In this document: one piece after another, positions 57,107 to 64,000 of the stretch
How the letters are laid out: every line of letters starts with the position of its first letter
Position numbering within the stretch: the first letter of the stretch is position 1
IMG/VR virus record: IMGVR_UViG_3300028666_000022
Span: 186,001 to 250,000 of that record
Direction: 5' to 3' (one strand)
DNA: 64,000 nucleotides
Translations under genes and position numbers: made by a program
The notes under the pieces: generated by a model
The model's database searches: none
What the model was told of the DNA's origin: nothing
What the model saw: the letters and a program-made list of their open reading frames with translations, nothing else

Positions 57107-57499
57107 ATGGCAAGGCCAACTCGTAGAAAGCTTAAATTCGATGAAGAAAGTGTAAATAAATTACTTCAAGAAATTTATGACGAATCTCATAATATCAGAT
57201 CTAAAATAGCTCGTTTATTTAGTAAATGGGAAAGTAAAACTAAAGAAAATGGTGAAATTGCTGCAATAGGTGATCAAATAGTTAAACTTATTGCTGCAGA
57301 AGCAAAAAACCAAGATCAGAAGATCATGCTTTTAAAATATTTAAAAGAGGTTGTTTTTGATATTAAGTCTAATAAAGGAAAAGATGACGATAATCCAGAA
57401 AATTTAGGTGTTGTTACATCAGAAAAAAGAAATGAATTACTTAGTTTTATTGAATCTGAAGTAGAAAGAAGAGAAAAAACTAAAAATAAAGATAAATAA
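57107..57499 (+). CDS. Hypothetical helical protein
   Basis: 130 aa. Confidence 0.6.
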   Translation: MARPTRRKLKFDEESVNKLLQEIYDESHNIRSKIARLFSKWESKTKENGEIAAIGDQIVKLIAAEAKNQDQKIMLLKYLKEVVFDIKSNKGKDDDNPENLGVVTSEKRNELLSFIESEVERREKTKNKDK

Positions 57500-57507
57500 T
57501 ATCATTA

Positions 57508-58809
57508 ATGGCTCTTACTGATGACAAAAAAAATGTTTTTACTACTATAGGTGCATATACTAGCTTAATGCAAGCTAAAACTCCACCTGAAGGTAATAAT
57601 ACATTTTCATCAATAAATAATAGTAATGAAGTTGTACCTTTTTTAATAGATATTTTAAAAATAGTTGTAGGAACAACAGCACTGCAACAATTAACCGGAG
57701 AATTACTTACTAATTTTATTACTACTGTTGAACCAGATATGAAAGCTGGTGTTAAAAAACAAACAATTCAACAAAATTCAAATGAACCACTTCCGGGTTA
57801 TTTTAAAACAAATGGTATTAATGTACCAGTTAAAAATATTGATACTAACGGAAAATTAAAAACAAATCCTAATTCAGAAACAGGTAATTTATTATATGAT
57901 AATTCTAAGCCAAATTTTGATAATACTGCATATCAAGCAATACAAAATGCTGGAACAGATACTACATATAATAATTTAGTTATTAATTATAATTCATCTA
58001 CAGACAGTTTTAATTTTAAACCTAATCTTGCAACTAATTCTAATCCTACAATTGGTGATTGGACATCTTCTTTTATTGATAATACAACAATTGTAAATAA
58101 AAAAGAATTTATGACTAATGTAACAAATTCTTTTTATGGAACAGTAACAACAAATCAAAATAAATCAGTAAATGAAGTATATAATGAATTATTATTAAAA
58201 AAATTATTAGAACAATTAATTGCTGGTAATGATAGTTTTGTTATTTCACCTGAAGATTATGATGCATTATTAAGACAAGCACAAGATTTAGTTAATGGAA
58301 CTGTTAATTATAATCTTGGTTGTGGTAGTATGCCAGCTAATTTTCAGTTGAATGATATGACTACACTAATTAATAATATTTCTAATTCAGTAGATCCACA
58401 TTATGTTGGAAATCAATTAAATAATACAATAAATAATAGTGTTAGTGATCCAAGTATTAACGATGAAAATAAAGAAACAATTAAAGATAATTTTTTTCAT
58501 AGATTAATTGAAATAATTACATTAATGTTAGCAACAGCAGCAACTACTTCACCACAAATACGAACATTATTAGCTATAACAAGTGCATTTCAAAATAACG
58601 GAGTAGTTAAAATTGGAGATCCTAAAAGCGATTTAGCTAATTTTAAAATATATTTAAATTGTATTATTAAAATAGCAATGAAATTAATTAATAAATTTAT
58701 TTATGATTTAGTTGTTGTTTTTTTAATTGCATTAATTAGTCCTGTAATTAAAAAAATATTAAAAGAAAAAATAAATCAATATATTGGAATAATAAGATCA
58801 TTAACATAA
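57508..58809 (+). CDS. Probable virion structural protein
   Basis: 433 aa, Asn/Thr-rich with hydrophobic C-terminal helices; upstream of baseplate genes. Confidence 0.5.
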   Translation: MALTDDKKNVFTTIGAYTSLMQAKTPPEGNNTFSSINNSNEVVPFLIDILKIVVGTTALQQLTGELLTNFITTVEPDMKAGVKKQTIQQNSNEPLPGYFKTNGINVPVKNIDTNGKLKTNPNSETGNLLYDNSKPNFDNTAYQAIQNAGTDTTYNNLVINYNSSTDSFNFKPNLATNSNPTIGDWTSSFIDNTTIVNKKEFMTNVTNSFYGTVTTNQNKSVNEVYNELLLKKLLEQLIAGNDSFVISPEDYDALLRQAQDLVNGTVNYNLGCGSMPANFQLNDMTTLINNISNSVDPHYVGNQLNNTINNSVSDPSINDENKETIKDNFFHRLIEIITLMLATAATTSPQIRTLLAITSAFQNNGVVKIGDPKSDLANFKIYLNCIIKIAMKLINKFIYDLVVVFLIALISPVIKKILKEKINQYIGIIRSLT

Positions 58810-58815
58810 TAGATT

Positions 58816-58983
58816 ATGAATAAAGAAGATAATACTAAAGTATCGCTGAATGATATTGTTATGTATAGTTCAAATACATCAATAAGTAGTAATTTAAATT
58901 ATAAAATAAGTAGTAATGTTAATACGAGTGCTACTCATTTAGATTTTAATAAAATTACTTGGAATTATACTACTAATAAATAA
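58816..58983 (+). CDS. Small hypothetical protein (55 aa)
   Basis: Hand translation MNKEDNTKVSLNDIVMYSS...WNYTTNK; fills the gap between genes. Confidence 0.35.
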   Translation: MNKEDNTKVSLNDIVMYSSNTSISSNLNYKISSNVNTSATHLDFNKITWNYTTNK

Positions 58984-58989
58984 AATTTA

Positions 58990-59397
58990 ATGGCAGTAGA
59001 TTTTAATAATATTGATTCAATAATTGGTGGTTTTACTAAGATACTAAATCTATCTTCTGTTGGTGGACCTCCACCAGTACCAACTCCATTAATTTTAGTT
59101 GGTGTTCCAAGTAGGCCGGGATTATCACCAACTAAAATTGCATCACGTATTATTAGTAGAAAAGGAGAAGCTGGATTACCTGTTGGAGATTTACCTTCAG
59201 GTGGTGCTTCACCAGACGAAATAATGGAAAGAATTAGAATCGAAGAAATTGTTAAAGCAATTCAAGAAGATGGTATTATCACTGTTGCTATTCCTCCGGG
59301 AATTACATTAAGTGCTGCAGGAACATCACCATCTGGACCTGTAACAGTATTTGGTTCAACAATAACATTTTCAACAGGTTATGGAATAATACAATAA
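58990..59397 (+). CDS. Probable baseplate/spike-associated protein
   Basis: Pro/Gly-rich, RPGLSP, ITVAIPPGI...GPVTVFG. Confidence 0.5.
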   Translation: MAVDFNNIDSIIGGFTKILNLSSVGGPPPVPTPLILVGVPSRPGLSPTKIASRIISRKGEAGLPVGDLPSGGASPDEIMERIRIEEIVKAIQEDGIITVAIPPGITLSAAGTSPSGPVTVFGSTITFSTGYGIIQ

Positions 59398-59400
59398 ATA

Positions 59401-59619
59401 ATGGATGATTTAAACACATATTCACCTACAGAATTACTTAAGTTAATTAACGATCTTAAAGTAGAACATGATATACTAAAGGAAGAATTGGTTAATTACA
59501 CTTATGAAGTTGATGAACTTGAAGGTAAAATTAATAAAAAATTAGAATTATTATCAAATATTGAAAAAGAATATATTACATTAATAGAAGAATTAAATAA
59601 TAGAGAAAATAATATTTAA
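59401..59619 (+). CDS. Small coiled-coil protein
   Basis: 72 aa with heptad pattern. Confidence 0.55.
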   Translation: MDDLNTYSPTELLKLINDLKVEHDILKEELVNYTYEVDELEGKINKKLELLSNIEKEYITLIEELNNRENNI

Positions 59620-59622
59620 AAA

Positions 59623-60513
59623 ATGGGTTTTGATAAACCAATATTACAAACTAGTGATCCATATAAAAAGGAAGGTACTACTACACAAGTTACTAGAACA
59701 ATTTATTATGGTGAAGTCGTTTCTATTGAAGATGATACTGATGGTGGTAGAATTAAAGTTAAAATTCCTGATTTTGATAATAAAACAGCTAATGCTGATT
59801 TACCATTTTCATATCCATTAATGCCTAAATTTTTTCATGTATATCCTAAAGTTGGAGAAATGGTGAGGATTTTTATTGAAGACATTAAATATCCTCAGAG
59901 AAGTCGTTTTTGGGAAGGTAGTATTATTTCTCAACCTCAAAAAATAGAATTTGATTCAATTTATACTGCACTCTCAACAACAAATATGGCTTTAACTAAT
60001 CCAGAACCTGCAGTTAGTACATATCCTGATGCAGATGGTATATATCCAACAAAAGAAGATATCGCTATTGTTGGTAGAGTTAATACTGATGTTATTTTAA
60101 GACTTAATGAAGTTCATTTAAGAGCAGGAAAACATGAAAATGGTAATGTTTTAAAACTAAATACAACCAATCCTGCTGAAATTAGTATGGTTTATGAACC
60201 ACTTCTAACTGGAAACACATATTATAGTAATACTCTTATTTTAAGTGATAAAATAGCTTTTATTTCTCATTCTGGTAATCCTAAATTTAAAGCAGCTAGA
60301 ATAACTGCAGAAGATAGAAATAATATTTTCAAAAATGCCCATCCCACTGTTAGGGGCGATGTTTTAGTTGAAGCACTAAATATATTGAGAAATGCAATAA
60401 TTAATCATATTCATCCCTATTCTAAAATGACAGCAGATAAAGAATCAATCATTACTGATTTAGAAAAAATAGATTTTGATGGAATGTTACAAAATAATAT
60501 TGTAATTAATTAA
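59623..60513 (+). CDS. Baseplate spike protein (gp5/VgrG OB-fold N-terminus)
   Basis: GEVVSIEDDTDGGRIKVKI...PKVGEMVRIF...RFW; C-terminal NHIHPY metal-binding tip motif. Confidence 0.75.
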   Translation: MGFDKPILQTSDPYKKEGTTTQVTRTIYYGEVVSIEDDTDGGRIKVKIPDFDNKTANADLPFSYPLMPKFFHVYPKVGEMVRIFIEDIKYPQRSRFWEGSIISQPQKIEFDSIYTALSTTNMALTNPEPAVSTYPDADGIYPTKEDIAIVGRVNTDVILRLNEVHLRAGKHENGNVLKLNTTNPAEISMVYEPLLTGNTYYSNTLILSDKIAFISHSGNPKFKAARITAEDRNNIFKNAHPTVRGDVLVEALNILRNAIINHIHPYSKMTADKESIITDLEKIDFDGMLQNNIVIN

Positions 60514-60521
60514 AATATTAT

Positions 60522-60551
60522 TTTGTTTATTAAAAATATTTTATATATTTG
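60522..60551 (+). promoter_or_regulatory. Bacteroidota-type promoter TTTG-N18-TATATTTG
   Basis: Intergenic, upstream of the NUDIX gene. Confidence 0.5.
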
Positions 60552-60588
60552 CTGAAAGAAATATTTTAGTTAACCTAATTGTTATAAC

Positions 60589-61116
60589 ATGGAAAAGTCT
60601 GCAGGTCTTTTAATTATTTTAGATAATAAATATATTCTTTTAGGTCATCCTACTGGTTCAGCATGGGAAACTAAATTAACCTTTTCTAAAGGTCATTTAA
60701 AACTAAATGAAACTGCACTCGATGCAGCAATTCGTGAAACTAAAGAAGAATTTGGAATCAATATTCCTTTAGATCTTATTGACAAAACAGAACATATTGT
60801 ATATTATGAAGATAAGAAAGGTTATACATACAAAATAGTTAAATATTTTATTGTAAATATTAATCTTAATGATTGGTATAATATTATGGGTAAAAATTTA
60901 AATTCTAAGAATGAATTGATTATACCTAAAAATATGTTACAACAAAGTGAAATCGATTGGGCTGGATTTCTCAGTAAAGAAGAAGCTCAGGATAAGATTT
61001 TTTGGAGATTCAATGATGTTTTAAATCATGTTGTTGATAAAAACGTAACTTTTACTGTTCTAACTGAAGAAGAAATTGAAGCAGATAGAAGTTCGGCTTA
61101 TAGTTATTTACTATAG
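60589..61116 (+). CDS. NUDIX hydrolase
   Basis: KGHLKLNETALDAAIRETKEEFGI Nudix box. Confidence 0.85.
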   Translation: MEKSAGLLIILDNKYILLGHPTGSAWETKLTFSKGHLKLNETALDAAIRETKEEFGINIPLDLIDKTEHIVYYEDKKGYTYKIVKYFIVNINLNDWYNIMGKNLNSKNELIIPKNMLQQSEIDWAGFLSKEEAQDKIFWRFNDVLNHVVDKNVTFTVLTEEEIEADRSSAYSYLL

Positions 61117-61148
61117 ATAATCAATGGATACGAATTGGATATATTCAT

Positions 61149-62681
61149 TTATAATTTTAATTCATATATAGTATTACCACAATCATAGATTCTATAGTAA
61201 CCCTTTTCTAACATTATCTCATGTTCAGTTTTAGATGGATCAGAATTTTCATTATGATCAGAAAAATAATGCCTATTCAAATCACCCGGTTTAATATATA
61301 AATAATTTGGTTCAGTATTTTTAATAAATTTAAAACCTAATTGTTTAATTGAATCATTATTTAGTTTTCTATCTATTGAAATAGTTATTAGTTTAGGTTT
61401 ATATGTATTCTTAAAATAAGATAAGAATTTACTCGCACAACCATTAATTTTTGTGTTTAATTTATTAGTAAATCTAAGTATCTCATATTCATTATTTAAA
61501 TTATTTTTAAAACACATAACTGATACTAAATCATTATTATAAAACAAACCAATTCTAATATCACTTTCAATAACTCCAGATAAATGATTAATATATAAAA
61601 AATTATCTACTTCTATTTCATTAATTTCTTTAAGTTCACATTTATTAATATCTATTATGTTGTTAAATATGTTTAATCTACATAAAATATTTGAAACTAC
61701 AACATCGGTTTTAAATAATATTTCATCCTCGAAGAAATGTAATAATTTAATTTCTCTTTTTTCACATAATAGAGTTTTGTTTAAATGATAATCATTATTT
61801 TTATAGAGTTCACAATGCCAGTACATGCCATTAATTTCAATGGCTAATTTATATTTTGGTAAATTAATATCTAATTCTAAGCCACTTAGTAATTTTCTAT
61901 TATTTAATTCGTATTCAATGTTATTTTCTTTTAATTTGTTAATAATTATTTCAACAATGCTTGAAAAAGACTTTCTTTTATTACAATTTAAACAAATTTT
62001 ATTTCCTCGATATAGTCTTGATGTTATTAAATTGCTATCAATAACAAATTCACTTTTACATATATTACAATAAAAATGCACAACACCATTATCACGTTTA
62101 ATAAATTTTAATGTATCATCATTAATTCTGTTTAACATACGTTTTAGATTGAATTCATCTCCACTTAAAACTAATTGTTTTCTATTATCAATAACTGATT
62201 GAATTTTCATTGGACTATCAACACCATAATTATTAAATAATGTATTATTAAATTTTTCTCTAATTTCCTTAGATTGTAAAGGACTTTCAACTCCATAATT
62301 TTTAAGTGTAGTTTGCTTTTTCTTTTCTTTAACAGAATCTAATTGGTTATGGCTCTCAACACCATATTTATTCATATTACTATCTTTAATTTTTTCTTTA
62401 TGTTCTTCTGAGGAATTTAAACAATTAATTGAACAATATTTACTATGTCCCTTATTAAGAGTATCGACAAATTTTACGTTATTACCACAATTTGGACATT
62501 TAGGAACATCTTTTAAATCATTAATATAAAGATAAACTTTTTCTTTAAAAGGAATTGTTTTATCATTTGAATTTTCAATAATTGCAGTATATAACTCATT
62601 ATGATTTTTACTAAGCCAATTTTCGGTTGTTTTAAATCCAGATTTATTGTCTTTTAAAAAGAAATCTTTTACATTTTCCAT
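61149..62681 (-). CDS. Homing-endonuclease-like protein (Zn fingers, KYGV repeats, PD-(D/E)xK/Vsr-like domain)
   Basis: CPNC...YCS..C; three YGV[ED]S repeats; ELDINLPKYKLAIEINGMYWH; C-terminal GYYRIYDCG. Confidence 0.7.
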   Translation of the reverse strand: MENVKDFFLKDNKSGFKTTENWLSKNHNELYTAIIENSNDKTIPFKEKVYLYINDLKDVPKCPNCGNNVKFVDTLNKGHSKYCSINCLNSSEEHKEKIKDSNMNKYGVESHNQLDSVKEKKKQTTLKNYGVESPLQSKEIREKFNNTLFNNYGVDSPMKIQSVIDNRKQLVLSGDEFNLKRMLNRINDDTLKFIKRDNGVVHFYCNICKSEFVIDSNLITSRLYRGNKICLNCNKRKSFSSIVEIIINKLKENNIEYELNNRKLLSGLELDINLPKYKLAIEINGMYWHCELYKNNDYHLNKTLLCEKREIKLLHFFEDEILFKTDVVVSNILCRLNIFNNIIDINKCELKEINEIEVDNFLYINHLSGVIESDIRIGLFYNNDLVSVMCFKNNLNNEYEILRFTNKLNTKINGCASKFLSYFKNTYKPKLITISIDRKLNNDSIKQLGFKFIKNTEPNYLYIKPGDLNRHYFSDHNENSDPSKTEHEIMLEKGYYRIYDCGNTIYELKL

Positions 62682-62705
62682 ATTATTTAAAATTTTTATT
62701 ACAAA

Positions 62706-63338
62706 TTATTTTATGTTTAACCATGTCTTTCCAAGAATTATTGAAGATATTGTTGCTTGTGTTACATTGTATATTTTAGCTATTTTTGTTTGTGTAAAAT
62801 TTTCCACAGTAAATAACTTTCTAATATTTATTATGTCATCAGATTTTAATTTCGACATTGGGTGTTTTTCACATGTAAAAATTCCTTTTCTACTTATAGA
62901 AATTTTGTTTTTACTTTCTTCGGAGAGTTTATAATTAAATTTTGGATGTAAATTTCCTTTCTTACCATACATAGGATTTTTATCACCAGTTTTTTGATTA
63001 GAAGGAATTTTAGTATCTTTATTAAGATTTTTATTTATGTGAATTTCTTTTGGATCATTAATGTTATAACCAAAATTCTTATCAAATGAATTGTAATATA
63101 AAATATATTCCTTTTCTTTAGTTAATAAGTCATCAAGTTTACATTCTTCAACTATGAAAAATTCAAAAGCAGTTATAGTATATTTGTTCCAAGATAATTG
63201 TAGATGAGAGTTGTGATGTTTATTGTGATTTAAATACCATTTGTGATCACGCCATCTTTTACTTATATTGGTAGAACTACCAATATAAATTTTATTATTT
63301 ATTTTATTAACAATTATATAAATTCCAGTTATTATCAT
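62706..63338 (-). CDS. GIY-YIG homing endonuclease with NUMOD3-like and HTH domains
   Basis: TGIYIIVNKINNKIYIGSS...RWRDH...GYNI; KNPMYGK, LSEESKNKIS; start revised to ATG 63338. Confidence 0.88.
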   Translation of the reverse strand: MIITGIYIIVNKINNKIYIGSSTNISKRWRDHKWYLNHNKHHNSHLQLSWNKYTITAFEFFIVEECKLDDLLTKEKEYILYYNSFDKNFGYNINDPKEIHINKNLNKDTKIPSNQKTGDKNPMYGKKGNLHPKFNYKLSEESKNKISISRKGIFTCEKHPMSKLKSDDIINIRKLFTVENFTQTKIAKIYNVTQATISSIILGKTWLNIK

Positions 63339-63344
63339 ACAATA

Positions 63345-63383
63345 AAAATTTAACCACAAATACAAATATTATATCTGTGGTTA
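63345..63383 (-). terminator. Intrinsic terminator after the tail tube gene
   Basis: Minus strand TAACCACAGATA...TATTTGTGGTTA followed by AATTTTT. Confidence 0.6.
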
Positions 63384-63401
63384 CTATAATTAAAATTAAT
63401 T

Positions 63402-63893
63402 TTACAAATTAAGAATGCATCGCCAAGGTTGTATCGTTAATTGAACTGTTTGAAGTGCATCATCTTCATAACTACTTTCTCCAAAATCAATTGCAACAAT
63501 TTGACATTGTTCAAGAAACCATTTTTCAACCTCAATACCAGTAGGATCTAATGCTTTAAGAAGGATATTTTTTGCATAACCAGATTTATAACCTTGCCTC
63601 CCAGTAAGGCTTTCAGCGTGTAATCGAACCCACTCCATTAATTGTTGTGATGTTGATGGACCAATAGGATCAAGAAATGTAATTTGCATTTCATCCCAAG
63701 TATATCTACCTGCAACATAATTCTGTTCATTCATAAATTGAATTGGAACTGAATTTATTTTCATTGAGGGTCTTTTAAATTTTTGTACTTTCCATACTTC
63801 GATCCCAAGTTCGTCAGCAAATTCTGCAAAGAATCTGTTTACTCTCTTAGGTTCAAAAGTCATGGGTATACCCCTGATTAATTCACCAGCCAT
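63402..63893 (-). CDS. Tail tube protein (T4 gp19-like)
   Basis: FEPKRVNRF, RP, YVAGRYTW, ITFLDPI, LMEWVR, LDPTG, EKWFL, DFG. Confidence 0.8.
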   Translation of the reverse strand: MAGELIRGIPMTFEPKRVNRFFAEFADELGIEVWKVQKFKRPSMKINSVPIQFMNEQNYVAGRYTWDEMQITFLDPIGPSTSQQLMEWVRLHAESLTGRQGYKSGYAKNILLKALDPTGIEVEKWFLEQCQIVAIDFGESSYEDDALQTVQLTIQPWRCILNL

Positions 63894-63939
63894 AGTATTT
63901 ATATTAAAAATAAAGTTATCATTATAATCTTATGTTTAA

Positions 63940-63948
63940 CATAAATAC
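63940..63948 (-). promoter_or_regulatory. Variant late promoter GTATTTATG
   Basis: CATAAATAC on + strand upstream of the tail tube gene. Confidence 0.4.
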
Positions 63949-64000
63949 TGAATATTTTGGAAAATGTAAATAAAAAAGAATTGATTGAATATTTTCTCAC

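Noticed and set aside
739-62934. Many short opposite-strand or nested ORFs in the ORF track (e.g. 739..924, 1959..2150, 12449..12706, 38446..38745, 47969..48232, 55455..55739, 59630..59821)
   Set aside because: They lie within longer, motif-supported genes and have shadow-frame composition with no recognisable motifs.
1-64000. Stop-codon reassignment (TAG/TGA), as seen in some large phages
   Set aside because: Conserved genes are full length in the standard code with high coding density; the TAG stops at 26973 and 50145 are explained by frameshifts.

Overview
This window is a very AT-rich segment of a large, tailed dsDNA (jumbo myovirus-like) phage genome in the standard genetic code. The host is probably Bacteroidota, based on TAnnTTTG promoter-like boxes and the absence of Shine-Dalgarno sequences. 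Left to right: Ser/Thr/Gly-rich virion proteins (1-3.8 kb); a replication/recombination module (intein-containing DnaB-like helicase, 5'-3' exonuclease, RecA/UvsX, gp32-like SSB; 4-14 kb); probable head-associated proteins and a candidate structured RNA (14-20 kb); a ~23 kb glycan-biosynthesis cluster (20-43 kb); tail genes (LysM/wedge protein, OmpA-domain hub-like protein, an 830-bp hairpin-rich non-coding gap, tape measure, -1 frameshifted chaperone; 43-51 kb); then a strand switch followed by a HAD-like protein, two more glycosyltransferases, a sigma-like protein, baseplate genes, NUDIX, homing endonucleases and the tail tube gene. The glycan cluster contains Gmd, a DegT aminotransferase, an FnlA/RmlD-like/FnlC trio, FabH, an SDR, acyl- and methyltransferases and many glycosyltransferases, interleaved with small ORFs. 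The best candidate novel system is phage-encoded virion protein glycosylation: this sugar pathway plus a strongly over-represented [S/T]-G-x-T motif in virion proteins, a candidate sequon. Other highlights: Cys-rich virion domains, two modular repeat-array nucleases, a GTATTTATA late-promoter candidate that is the reverse complement of the T4 late promoter, and a ~130-nt rod-like RNA candidate. All calls come from motif recognition by eye; no database searches were run.
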